The notes beneath the pieces were generated by a model. It had not been told where the DNA came from, did no database searches, and worked only from the letters and a program-made list of their open reading frames with translations. A program made the translations under genes and the position numbers. Shown here one piece after another: positions 38,891 through 48,772 of a stretch of DNA of 64,000 nucleotides; positions within the stretch are counted from its first letter, which is position 1; each line of letters starts with the position of its first letter. Source of the DNA: a virus (Duplodnaviria > Caudoviricetes). The DNA lies in IMG/VR virus record IMGVR_UViG_3300037067_021792; one strand, written 5' to 3'.

Positions 38891-39870
38891 TAAATATCGA
38901 TGTTTTGGATAGTTTTGCAGGGAAAACAGCACTGATTACTGGGGGAACGGGACTGATCGGAAGACAGATCACTCGCATACTTATTAATGCCGGTGCTATT
39001 GTCAGAATAGTGTCTCTTGACAAAAATAAAGTTCACGATAAGGCCGAACACATCGTCGGTGATTTATCGGATTTTAATTTTTGTAAATTGATTACTCGGG
39101 ATATTGATTTTGTATTTCATATTGCTGGTGTAAAAGGCTCAGTCAAAGTCACAAAAGAAAAACCAGCAAGTTTTTTTGTTCCTCTTCTTATGATGAACAC
39201 AAACATGCTTGAGTCGGCAAGAATTAATAATGTTAAGAAATTGGTGTATACTAGCTCGGTGGGGGCATATAGTAGCGCAGAAATTTTTGTGGAAGGCGAA
39301 AACGAAGATGGGCCACCGATGGATGAATTTCCTGGTTTGGCCAAACGAGTAGCAGAACAACAAATTCTTGCGTATAAAATTCAATATGGATTAGATAATT
39401 ACGCCATTGTAAGACCGGCCAATATTTATGGCCCTGGAGATAATTTTGATCCTGAAAATGCAATGGTAATTCCAACATTAATGCATCGCATTCTAAATAA
39501 GGAAGACCCCGTAATTATATGGGGAGATGGAAGTGCTATCAGAGATTTCGCATACAGTAAAGATGTAGCAGAGGGGATAGTGCTTGCTCTTTATTACGGA
39601 ACTCGCTCTAAATATGTTAATCTGGGAAGTGGTATTGGATACTCAATCAAAGAGCTAGTGGAGACTTTAAGAAGTTTTATTGATTTCAATTATGTATTTG
39701 ATTCCACAAAACCATCAGGTTTTCCGAAACGCATAATGAATATTAATTTAGCAAGAGCTACGCTGGGGTATAATCCCACAACTACTCTTAAAGAAGGACT
39801 GATGGAAACCTGGGATTGGTTTACCAATAATCCTACTGATTATTGTGATAAGAAGAATTATTTCAATTGA
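38887..39870 (+). CDS. Fcl-like NAD-dependent epimerase/reductase (atypical catalytic motif)
   Basis: TGGTGLIG, RPANIYGPGDNF, WGDGSAIRDF; FPGLAK in place of YxxxK. Confidence 0.85.
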   Translation: MINIDVLDSFAGKTALITGGTGLIGRQITRILINAGAIVRIVSLDKNKVHDKAEHIVGDLSDFNFCKLITRDIDFVFHIAGVKGSVKVTKEKPASFFVPLLMMNTNMLESARINNVKKLVYTSSVGAYSSAEIFVEGENEDGPPMDEFPGLAKRVAEQQILAYKIQYGLDNYAIVRPANIYGPGDNFDPENAMVIPTLMHRILNKEDPVIIWGDGSAIRDFAYSKDVAEGIVLALYYGTRSKYVNLGSGIGYSIKELVETLRSFIDFNYVFDSTKPSGFPKRIMNINLARATLGYNPTTTLKEGLMETWDWFTNNPTDYCDKKNYFN

Positions 39871-41179
39871 CACTCCGCAGGGACTAAAGTCCCACAGATT
39901 CTCTAATCACTGAACATTCTTGCCCCGCCATTTCTAGCAAAGTAGAGGATTGTTCTCCTAGAGCGTTTATTCCCGCAAGCCCTACGGTATATCTATTTAA
40001 AATATTTTTGCTAGCATTTAAGTCTCTGTCTTCTACGTCCCCACAACAAGGGCATTTATGTATTCTAACACTTAAATCTTTCCTAACCATCGAACCACAA
40101 GAGCTACATAATTGGCTGGTATTCTTGGGATTAACTAGCTCCACTTTCCCACCGGCACTCTCAGCCTTGTAGGTAGTGTATTGAACTAATTTATTCCAAG
40201 AACAGTCACTTATGCTTTTAGCTAACTTATGGTTTTTAACCATATTAGAAACTGTTAAATCTTCAAAAACTATGGTTTCAAAGCTCTTTGCTAGACAAGA
40301 AGACGCTTTGTGTAAATAATCATCTCTTTGAAATCGTATTTTTCTGTGTAGACGTGCTACTTTGATTCGTTGCTTGTTCCTTCTGTTGCTAGTCTTTGTG
40401 GGTTTTCTTGAAAAAGTTCTCTGTGTTCTTGCGAGTGAATGTTCTGTTTTCTTTAAGAACTTAGGATTCTCTATAGTTTCTCCAGTAGATAAAGCACATA
40501 AAGTTTTAATCCCTACATCTATTCCTACAACAGAACCAGGATTAGAATGTATGATAAATTCTTGCTCTATATCACAAGCAAAGATAACGTACCAATGATC
40601 TACATCTCGTACCACTTGGCACGTTTTTATATCTCCTAAAATTGGCCTACTATAAACCATCTTAACACAACCAATTTTAGAAAGTTCTACTCTTTTATTA
40701 TTTGATGTAATTCTAAAGCCCAACTGAGGATAAGTAAAAGAACGATATCTATTAAAACTCTTAAAGCGTGGAAATCCTGCTTTTTTTGTTCCCTGTTTGC
40801 ATCGATCGAAAAATCTTTTATAAGATTTATCGAGCCTTTTAAGAACGTTTTGTAGCACCTGAGAATAAACTTGAGACTGGTAATGATTCTTATTTTTAGC
40901 TAAGTTGTTCGCCTGCTGGTTATAAGTTAAAGTTTTTTGAGTGTTTTGATAAGCCTCTTTTCTTTGTTCAAGTGCATCGTTATATGTGTGCCTACAAGTA
41001 TTTAGAGTGTTTATAAGTAGTTGCTCTTGTTTTCGAGTGGGATAAAGCCTGTATTTAAAAGATTTCATTGGCATTTCTATTGAATTATACAAGGAAATTG
41101 AGTATAATTCCTCGTAAGAAATTTAAAAGTTCGCTTATATCTACAGGGGTTAAAACCCCGTAGTTTTACGCTCAGGAGT
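39867..41179 (-). mobile_element. non-autonomous IS200/IS605-family TnpB element 2 (1313 bp)
   Basis: Minus strand: TTAT then ACTCCTGAGCGTAAAACTACGGGGTTTTAACCCCTGTAGATATAAGCG (left end); GAATCTGTGGGACTTTAGTCCCTGCGGAGTGTCAA (right end); no tnpA. Confidence 0.88.
39884..41074 (-). CDS. tnpB: RNA-guided endonuclease TnpB
   Basis: FKYRLYPT, GFPRFKS, GIDVG, VFEDL, TSQLCSSCG..CPCCG, DRDLNASKNI. Confidence 0.95.
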   Translation of the reverse strand: MPMKSFKYRLYPTRKQEQLLINTLNTCRHTYNDALEQRKEAYQNTQKTLTYNQQANNLAKNKNHYQSQVYSQVLQNVLKRLDKSYKRFFDRCKQGTKKAGFPRFKSFNRYRSFTYPQLGFRITSNNKRVELSKIGCVKMVYSRPILGDIKTCQVVRDVDHWYVIFACDIEQEFIIHSNPGSVVGIDVGIKTLCALSTGETIENPKFLKKTEHSLARTQRTFSRKPTKTSNRRNKQRIKVARLHRKIRFQRDDYLHKASSCLAKSFETIVFEDLTVSNMVKNHKLAKSISDCSWNKLVQYTTYKAESAGGKVELVNPKNTSQLCSSCGSMVRKDLSVRIHKCPCCGDVEDRDLNASKNILNRYTVGLAGINALGEQSSTLLEMAGQECSVIRESVGL

Positions 41180-41884
41180 ATAAGGCATTATTCTGTCTGT
41201 TCTTCCGTTTTTTACTTCATTTAGATCACAATACTCTTTTACTATGCATTTAGGCCACAATGTCTGACACAAATCAAAGTCTTTTGAACTTTTTTGTGAT
41301 AATCTATTACGCTTATTGTCGAGATGTTCATATAGCCAGGCAGAACTTCTTATAACCGTTCCATTTTTATAAAATAGTCTGAGAGCAATATCGGCTTCCC
41401 ATCCGGTATTAATGAATCTGCGGTCAAATCCTCCCAGATTTATAAATAAAGTTTTAGTAATCATCATTGTGATGGGCATTATCCCAAAACCCGGAGGTGT
41501 TATGGGCATGAGGGGATTTGTGTCCTTTTTCTTATAATTCCCCGTTATTATGGTATGCTGTTCGTCTGATTCGAGCATGCTTTGTAACATTTTTTGTAAG
41601 AAATCTTCCTGCGGAACAAGGTCATCCACCATATGAATTACGTATTTACCTATAGTTTGAGAAAATGCCATATGGGCAGCTCTGGCTGGATTTGCATCGG
41701 TTCGTATAAATTTAAAGTTTGGAGGCAGAGATATTTGTGGAACAACGTGCCCTGCATATACTATTTCAAAGTCAATTTGGCTGTTTGACAGGGTTTTATA
41801 TGTGTTTTCCCAGTATTTTGTATATATTGCCGCGCTAAAAATACTAATTAATGGAACCATAAACAAGTAATTCTCTGTATTCAC
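41150..41884 (-). CDS. GT2-like glycosyltransferase (paralogue set D); C-terminus supplied by the IS left end
   Basis: FEIVYAG, HMVDD, LGGFDRRF, EADIALR. Confidence 0.7.
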   Translation of the reverse strand: MNTENYLFMVPLISIFSAAIYTKYWENTYKTLSNSQIDFEIVYAGHVVPQISLPPNFKFIRTDANPARAAHMAFSQTIGKYVIHMVDDLVPQEDFLQKMLQSMLESDEQHTIITGNYKKKDTNPLMPITPPGFGIMPITMMITKTLFINLGGFDRRFINTGWEADIALRLFYKNGTVIRSSAWLYEHLDNKRNRLSQKSSKDFDLCQTLWPKCIVKEYCDLNEVKNGRTDRIMPYTPERKTTGF

Positions 41885-41902
41885 TGAGTTGTCCTCTGTC
41901 GT

Positions 41903-41922
41903 CGGTATAATACTATAGTTTT
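41903..41922. promoter_or_regulatory. divergent promoter motif CGGTATAAT..TAGTTTT (copy 1)
   Basis: Between divergent genes starting at 41884(-) and 41941(+); same motif at 51595. Confidence 0.55.
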
Positions 41923-41940
41923 AGGTTAGGAGTGCATATC

Positions 41941-42435
41941 ATGAATATAAAAAAAACTGATTCTGGCCTTTTTGTTATTGAACCGCATGTTTTTGAGGAC
42001 TATCGGGGAGAATATATAGAAATATATAATGAAAATGAGTATCAAATTAATGGCATAGATGTGCATTTTGTACAAGATGACATATCTATTTCTGCTAAAC
42101 ATGTTTTAAAGGGTATACATGGAGATTCAAATACATGGAAGCTTGTGTCTTGTTTGAGTGGTAGAATATATTTAGTTGTAGTTAATTGCGATGTCGATTC
42201 TAAGGACTTTGGAAAATGGGATTCATTCATTATATCTGATAAAAACTACAGACAAGTACTTTTACCGCCGAAATTCGGAAACTCCATATTAACTTTAAGT
42301 GATATATCTGTTTTCCACTATAAACAATCTACGTATTATAATAAGAGCGGACAATTTACATATAAGTGGAATGATCCGAGGTTTGGCATAACTTGGCCAA
42401 TAGATAATCCTATTCTCTCAGAAAGGGACAGATGA
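41941..42435 (+). CDS. rmlC: dTDP-4-dehydrorhamnose 3,5-epimerase family protein
   Basis: FEDYRG, FVQD.IS.S, VLKGIH, KLVSC, FHYK, WNDP..GITWP...ILSERD. Confidence 0.88.
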   Translation: MNIKKTDSGLFVIEPHVFEDYRGEYIEIYNENEYQINGIDVHFVQDDISISAKHVLKGIHGDSNTWKLVSCLSGRIYLVVVNCDVDSKDFGKWDSFIISDKNYRQVLLPPKFGNSILTLSDISVFHYKQSTYYNKSGQFTYKWNDPRFGITWPIDNPILSERDR

Positions 42436-43289
42436 CATCTAATACCGGCACGGATCTCAGTTTGGTCTGTCCCACGGCAAGGTCTCGGGAAACTTGTATT
42501 GAAATGTGTAGCTCCATAAAAACAAATCTCAATATTGAAATAATTTTTGTTGGCCCGGTAAACATTTTTTCTGATGGATATAATAACATTCTTGTGGATA
42601 GTGCGGATATTCGAATTCCTTTCAAATTTATAACTACTTCAGTCAGTCCTGTTCAATGTTGGCAGATTGGGATGAATGCTGCGAAAGGTGAAACAGTAAG
42701 TATAACAGGTGATGATGCGACATTCTCTCCATATGCATGGGATAAATCTTATGCAATGTATAAAGATTCCAGTGACTATAAAACAATTGTTTCCCTGAGT
42801 TGGTTTCAACCTCATAAATACATTACGCTTGAAGAATATTCTCGCATCACTTTCATGGATACTCAATTAGAAAATATAGATTCTTCAATGTGGCAAAATT
42901 TTGATAGTAAAATGAAAGAATTTGGGATCCAACTGCCGACGGGATGTTCTGTTATGAGTAGAAAATTCTTTTGTGAGTTAGGAGGATATGATCGCAGATT
43001 TATTAAAAGAAACGCAGAGCGTGATTTATTTCTCAGAGCCATAAAAAATGGTGCAACTGTGAAATATTGTTTAGATGCTCGGGTTTTTGAATGGCGTTCG
43101 CATGTAATAATAAATCCAACTTATTCATCAAAAATTGCATCTCGGGAAGACTCTATGTTGTGCAAAAAGAAATGGAAGATGGAAGATGGGCGTCTTATCC
43201 AAATTATGGTCGATGAGCTGTTTGAATCCGATGAAACATTCCTTATTGTCTCGCAGGGAGCGAAAAATGAAAGTGCTATTGATAAATAA
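42432..43289 (+). CDS. GT2-like glycosyltransferase (paralogue set D)
   Basis: LSLVCPTAR, EIIFVGP, TGDD..FSPYAWD, FGIQLPTGCSVM, LGGYDRRF. Confidence 0.7.
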   Translation: MTSNTGTDLSLVCPTARSRETCIEMCSSIKTNLNIEIIFVGPVNIFSDGYNNILVDSADIRIPFKFITTSVSPVQCWQIGMNAAKGETVSITGDDATFSPYAWDKSYAMYKDSSDYKTIVSLSWFQPHKYITLEEYSRITFMDTQLENIDSSMWQNFDSKMKEFGIQLPTGCSVMSRKFFCELGGYDRRFIKRNAERDLFLRAIKNGATVKYCLDARVFEWRSHVIINPTYSSKIASREDSMLCKKKWKMEDGRLIQIMVDELFESDETFLIVSQGAKNESAIDK

Positions 43290-44631
43290 TAAGATGAATC
43301 TTCCCGGGCAGCCCCTGGTTGCGCCGATAGGGTTGCTCTATTTGGTATCCACTCTTAAAAAGAACAATATCTGCGTAAAAATTTTGGATCACAATGTAGA
43401 GAATATTAGTGTTAAAGAATGTCTCATGGACTTTGTTCCGGACTTAGTTGGGATCGGATGTTGTTTTTCTGGGCATATAACCGAAACTCTTGATAACGCA
43501 AGACAAGTAAAAGCTTACGCTAATGTTCCGGTTGTTATTGGGGGAATACATCCCACAATATACTATAAAGATATTATGAAAAACTGTCCAGAAATAGACT
43601 ATATAATATTGGGCGAGGGAGAAATATCCCTGCTAAAGTTATGTAACTACATTCAAAAAAATGATATAAATATAATTCAACAAATAAATGGGATAGTATA
43701 TCGCGCACATAACAACGATGTGGTGGTAAATACTAAGACTAAATATATCGAAAACGTATCCGATCTTCCCTGGCCAGACTATAAGTGTATTAACATTAAA
43801 AATTACTACTATGATACGTCCAATTGGCACAATCCTAAAAGGTTAAACATAAACACATCTTTACCGATAATATCAAGCAGAAGCTGCCCAATGCAATGTA
43901 ATTTCTGCTCTATGTATATATTAATGGGTAAAAAAATTAGAAAAAGGAATCCATATGATGTTGTCAATGAAATAGAATATTTATACAATGAATATGATCA
44001 TAGATATTTTTCCTTTTACGATGATAATGTTAATTTGGACAGGAGACATATCCTTACTATTTGCTCAGAAATAAAGAAGCGAAAATTAAATATTCAGTTT
44101 GATACACCCAATGGAGTTCACGTTAATAGTCTTGATGAAGAAGTGGTTGAAGCTTTGGTTTCTAGTGGCCTTGTCAGAGTGTCGTTGGCAATAGAACATG
44201 GGTCTGAGTATATTAGAAACAAGATAATGGGGAAAAATTTGAGTACAGAAAAAATATACAGCGTAGTAAACATGTGTAAAAAATATCATGATTTATATAT
44301 CAGGACATTTTTTATTATGGGCATGCCAGAGGATACGCGTGAAACACTGCAAAAAACATATGAAATGATAGAAATAATGGATATCGATAAACCCATAGTA
44401 ACAAATGTGGTTCCATTTCCTGGCACTAAATTGTTTGATCAATGTATTAGAGATAATATTATTGTAGGTGTTAATGTTGAAGATCTCTGGAGAAATCCAG
44501 ATGCGTATTTCACTGGAAATAAACAATTCTTTGTGAAACCATATAACATGACTATGGAAGAACTAATATTTTTTAGAAATAAATTTGATTTGCTGATAAG
44601 CCAAAAATTAGACAGGAGCAGAAATTTATGA
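43267..44631 (+). CDS. B12-binding radical SAM enzyme (class B methylase-like)
   Basis: PIGLLYL, GGIHPT, GEGE, SRSCPMQCNFC, FYDDN, IEHGS, PFPGT. Confidence 0.9.
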   Translation: MKVLLINNKMNLPGQPLVAPIGLLYLVSTLKKNNICVKILDHNVENISVKECLMDFVPDLVGIGCCFSGHITETLDNARQVKAYANVPVVIGGIHPTIYYKDIMKNCPEIDYIILGEGEISLLKLCNYIQKNDINIIQQINGIVYRAHNNDVVVNTKTKYIENVSDLPWPDYKCINIKNYYYDTSNWHNPKRLNINTSLPIISSRSCPMQCNFCSMYILMGKKIRKRNPYDVVNEIEYLYNEYDHRYFSFYDDNVNLDRRHILTICSEIKKRKLNIQFDTPNGVHVNSLDEEVVEALVSSGLVRVSLAIEHGSEYIRNKIMGKNLSTEKIYSVVNMCKKYHDLYIRTFFIMGMPEDTRETLQKTYEMIEIMDIDKPIVTNVVPFPGTKLFDQCIRDNIIVGVNVEDLWRNPDAYFTGNKQFFVKPYNMTMEELIFFRNKFDLLISQKLDRSRNL

Positions 44632-46322
44632 TATCAGTTTTAATACCAGTTCGAGAATCTCGCGAGCAATTTGAACGATGTGTGAACTCATTTTCAATTT
44701 TCTGTTCTAGAAAGGACCAAGTAGAGTTTGTTATAAAAATAGATGCAGACACTAATGACGAAAAGTATGTTAAAAAAATATTGCAGAATAACAGGTTCCC
44801 ATTTGTGATTGTTAAGTCAAAGAGAGGCAAGGGATACTTGGATATGCCAAGGTTTTGTGATGAAATGATAAAAGCATCTCATGGAGAAACCCTGTGGATG
44901 ATGAGTGATGACATTAATATTGTATTTGGTGATTGGGCCAATAGATTATTATCACTAGGGTCGCTGGATGGCATTTATGCGGCGTATGTGAAATATGTAT
45001 CATCTCCGAGTAAACTAGCAAAAGGAAAAAGTAGACTATTCGGGAATGCGTGCCCCATTATTTCCAGAAAACTATACGACAAACTGGGGTGTTGTTCCCA
45101 GAAAGGCGTTCAAATTGACATTTTTATACGTGGAATACTCTCTTTCTTGTACACAAAATATACCGGGTATAACTCTAAAGTCAAAATATTCGATGATATA
45201 GTAGTTGTAAAGACTACGAAAAAATCTGATAGAAAACGAGGGGGAATTTTAGAATACGAGAAGTCGGCACTTACCGCACCGGAATATTTTGAACTAGCGA
45301 GAAAAATTGACGATACTTTGTCGGAAAAGGATATGGCCGAAACCGTGGATTCTATTGATTCCAAAAGGGGGGATATGAGAATTTTAGTGGCAGGTGGCGC
45401 GGGTTTTATAGCGTCTAATTTGCTGTGTAAACTGATACAAATTCCCAATTTCAGAATTAGATCTACCATTCATAACAATCCGCCGCAAGTGAATGATGGC
45501 CGAATTAATTATTATAGATGTGATCTGAGAAACCAGGCAGATTGCTTAAAAGCATGCGAAAATATAGATTGTGTCGTAATGTGCGCCGCGAACACATCTG
45601 GTGCAGCTGTAATAGAACAGAATCCGCTTTCACATGTCACTCCTAATGTTATTATGAATTCCCTCATGCTAGAGGCTGCTTATAAATGTGGGGTTAAAAA
45701 ATTTATATTTCTTAGTTCTAATACGGTGTATCCACCGGGTAATCATGCGATGAAAGAATCTGATTGCGACGGAGATATGTTTGAAAAATATTATTGTGTA
45801 GGATGGATGAAGAGATTTACAGAAATAATGTGTAATATGTATGCAAGCAAAATTCGGAATCCGATGAATACTATTGTAATACGACCAGGAAACTGTTATG
45901 GTGAGTATGATGATTTTGAGTATGAAACGGCTCATGTAATTCCGTCATTAATACGCAAAGCGTTCGAGAGGCAAGACCCATTTGAAGTATGGGGCGATGG
46001 CAAAGATGTCAAAGATTTTATATACGTCGGAGATTTAGTGGATGGAATAATAAAGACAATTACAGATATAAATTCATGTTCTACTATTAATATTGCCGGG
46101 GGAGAGTCATACAGTATTAAGCAGATATTGGAATATATCTTTAATACTTCAGAATTTCACCCGAATGTTGAATTTAATTCAAATAAACCATCGATGATTC
46201 CTGAGCGATATATAGATATTTCTTATGCTAGGTCAATGGGAATTGTTCCACAAATATCATTAGAGGAGGGAATTTCGCGAACTTATAAATGGTATGCATC
46301 GCATATATCCGCAGTAAAATAA
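44628..46322 (+). CDS. fusion: N-terminal GT2-like domain plus C-terminal Fcl-like NAD-dependent epimerase/reductase
   Basis: ISVLIPVR, WMMSDD; from residue 250 MRILVAGGAGFIAS, RPGNCYG, HVIPSLI, WGDG; in-frame ATG 45375 with a G-rich RBS. Confidence 0.8.
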   Translation: MISVLIPVRESREQFERCVNSFSIFCSRKDQVEFVIKIDADTNDEKYVKKILQNNRFPFVIVKSKRGKGYLDMPRFCDEMIKASHGETLWMMSDDINIVFGDWANRLLSLGSLDGIYAAYVKYVSSPSKLAKGKSRLFGNACPIISRKLYDKLGCCSQKGVQIDIFIRGILSFLYTKYTGYNSKVKIFDDIVVVKTTKKSDRKRGGILEYEKSALTAPEYFELARKIDDTLSEKDMAETVDSIDSKRGDMRILVAGGAGFIASNLLCKLIQIPNFRIRSTIHNNPPQVNDGRINYYRCDLRNQADCLKACENIDCVVMCAANTSGAAVIEQNPLSHVTPNVIMNSLMLEAAYKCGVKKFIFLSSNTVYPPGNHAMKESDCDGDMFEKYYCVGWMKRFTEIMCNMYASKIRNPMNTIVIRPGNCYGEYDDFEYETAHVIPSLIRKAFERQDPFEVWGDGKDVKDFIYVGDLVDGIIKTITDINSCSTINIAGGESYSIKQILEYIFNTSEFHPNVEFNSNKPSMIPERYIDISYARSMGIVPQISLEEGISRTYKWYASHISAVK

Positions 46323-46334
46323 GAAAGGATTAGT

Positions 46335-47138
46335 ATGATACAACTCAGTTTGATATGCCCAACCGCCAGAACGAAAGACGTATGCATGAGAATGATATCG
46401 AGCATCAAAACTGACCTGGATATGGAAATAATTTTTGTTGGTCCAGTCGATTATTTTGGTAAGGAAAAGTTGCATGTTTCTCATAAATTTGTAGTAACAT
46501 CTGTTATGCTTACTCAATGTCTTCAGATTGGAATGCATCATGCAAAAGGAGAAACAGTTGGCATCATAGCTGACGATGAAAGATTCTCTCCCTATGCATG
46601 GGATGAGGCATATTCAATATATAAAGATTCTGGGAACCATAAAACCATAGTATCATTAAACTGGTGGGAACCGGCTTTTGAAAAGCGCACTAAACAATTT
46701 ATCCAAGCGGGAATCGCAATTATAGAGGAGAAAAAAGATACCCCAAAAGGTTGCAGACTATATAATAATCTTAAACCTGTTATAGAGCGTTTTGGAATTC
46801 AATTACCCACAGGATGTTCCGTAATGAATAGAAATTTCTTTTTTGAGCTAGGAGGATACGATGCCAATTTTGTCAGAAGACTAGCTCCTCAGGACCTTTT
46901 TCTAAGGGCAGTGGTGAACGGAGCAATTATTAAGTATTGTGACAAAGGGAGCGTTTTTGAAGACCTCAAAACAAAATTAAGCAAAGAAGCCACTAAGCCT
47001 GCTGCTGCAAGGAAATTTGATGAGGATTTATATGATTCAAAGTGGATATTCAAAGACGGAATATTGAAACAAGTTATAGAAAGTAGATTTTTCGAGTTTA
47101 ATAAATCTATATATACCGTGTCCCAAAGCCGAATGTAA
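46335..47138 (+). CDS. GT2-like glycosyltransferase (paralogue set D)
   Basis: LSLICPTAR, EIIFVGP, IADD..FSPYAWD, FGIQLPTGCSVM, LGGYD. Confidence 0.7.
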   Translation: MIQLSLICPTARTKDVCMRMISSIKTDLDMEIIFVGPVDYFGKEKLHVSHKFVVTSVMLTQCLQIGMHHAKGETVGIIADDERFSPYAWDEAYSIYKDSGNHKTIVSLNWWEPAFEKRTKQFIQAGIAIIEEKKDTPKGCRLYNNLKPVIERFGIQLPTGCSVMNRNFFFELGGYDANFVRRLAPQDLFLRAVVNGAIIKYCDKGSVFEDLKTKLSKEATKPAAARKFDEDLYDSKWIFKDGILKQVIESRFFEFNKSIYTVSQSRM

Positions 47139-47166
47139 AAGATCAATTTCAGAAAGTGGGTAGATT

Positions 47167-47844
47167 ATGGTTTTTCTTCCTCAAAAAATGCTCCGCGAAT
47201 GTGTGAGGGGAGTTGTTCAAATTGGTATAGGGAAAAAAGGAGATGAAATAGAGTGGAGGACAGCGGGAATAAGAAATCAAATCTATGTTGAGCCATATAA
47301 AAAATGGTTCAAGAATCTTGTTAGTAGAGTAAATAGAAGCAAAATTCAGGGCGAGAATGTGAAATGCTTTAATGTCGCCATATCTAATATTGATACTTTT
47401 GCCCCATTTTATATATGTAATCAGGGTGATAGTCACTCTCTTTCTCCGCTTTACAAAAACAGGGATATACCATTCCAATGGATGAAAATGAAGAGCACAT
47501 CAGAAGTAAAAGTTCAAACTTTGGATTCATTGGTCCAAGAAAACAACATCGATCTATGCGAATATAATCTGTTACATATTGACACGCAGGGGACAGAGCA
47601 TTTCGTTATCGAGGGAGCAAAAGAATCCCTGAATAATTTCGATATAATAGTCGCAGAAATATCCAAGATAAAAGTCTATGATTATTCAATGCTGTATGAG
47701 GATTGGGAAAATTTTATGAGCAAAAGAGGATTCAGATTCGTTTATTTTCACGAAGTTGAATCAGTGCAGGCCGGAGACGGGGTGTTTGTGCGCAAAGAAT
47801 CTTCTCTGGATTACATAAAATATGTGGAGGATTTGGATGTCTAA
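47167..47844 (+). CDS. FkbM-family methyltransferase
   Basis: VQIG, YVEP, NVAISN, TLDSL, LHIDTQGTE..VIEGA. Confidence 0.8.
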   Translation: MVFLPQKMLRECVRGVVQIGIGKKGDEIEWRTAGIRNQIYVEPYKKWFKNLVSRVNRSKIQGENVKCFNVAISNIDTFAPFYICNQGDSHSLSPLYKNRDIPFQWMKMKSTSEVKVQTLDSLVQENNIDLCEYNLLHIDTQGTEHFVIEGAKESLNNFDIIVAEISKIKVYDYSMLYEDWENFMSKRGFRFVYFHEVESVQAGDGVFVRKESSLDYIKYVEDLDV

Positions 47845-48772
47845 AATACTGGGTATTGTCTGCACATATGGATTTGTGGATATGACGAATGATGTCGTTG
47901 AAATGTTGGCATCATGGAAATCGCAAAAAGGAGACTATCAATTAGATGTCGTGGTTTCCGACAACAGATCTAGCGAACAATTTAGGAAAAAATTACATGA
48001 AATATGTAAGGACTATGGATATAAGTGTATACTGACCGATGGAGATTATACTGTTTTTATGACAATGAATCTTGCAATAAAAATATTTGCAAAAGAATAC
48101 GATTATACCATATTTTGTTCTGAGGACATTTTATTTACTACAAGCAATGATATTCAGTTGATGTTGAACGATTTTAATGACCCATCTATAGGATCAATTA
48201 CTACCAGATCTTCTAAAAAATTTATTCCAGATAAGTTCAATGAATACTATGGAGATAAATTTGGGATAACTCTCGATAAAAAAATTAGAGAGCACAACCC
48301 GTCTCCATATATTTTACTGATAAATGAGGTGGTATGCTTATGTATTTGTATGATGAAGAAGGATTTCTTGAAGATGTATAAATATAGGCTGATAGATAAA
48401 TTAGTACACTCTAATTTTGAGCAGCATTTCTTTTTGATGTTAATTGCAGTAGGCATGTCTTGTGGAGTGTGCACCAATACAAGTGTAGAGCACAGGAGTT
48501 TTCCTAAATCCTCGAAAATGGATAGGAAAAAATTTGGTAGCGTAGAAAAGAAAGATTATTGCAATATATTCGATTTGTTTCATCTTGGAAAGTCAATTGG
48601 ATATGGTTTTTCTACAAAAAATGATTTTGAAAAATACCTTCCAGATGAAAAAATGTATAAAAATAATAAACATTTAAATCCAAAAATACTACATAAATTT
48701 TTATTGGATAATCTATTTTTAAATGATAAAACATTTAGTTATGATTTAATTAAATATAAAATATTATGCTAA
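47837..48772 (+). CDS. putative GT2-like glycosyltransferase
   Basis: VVVSDNRS, MNLAI, FCSEDILF, VEH. Confidence 0.55.
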   Translation: MSKILGIVCTYGFVDMTNDVVEMLASWKSQKGDYQLDVVVSDNRSSEQFRKKLHEICKDYGYKCILTDGDYTVFMTMNLAIKIFAKEYDYTIFCSEDILFTTSNDIQLMLNDFNDPSIGSITTRSSKKFIPDKFNEYYGDKFGITLDKKIREHNPSPYILLINEVVCLCICMMKKDFLKMYKYRLIDKLVHSNFEQHFFLMLIAVGMSCGVCTNTSVEHRSFPKSSKMDRKKFGSVEKKDYCNIFDLFHLGKSIGYGFSTKNDFEKYLPDEKMYKNNKHLNPKILHKFLLDNLFLNDKTFSYDLIKYKILC

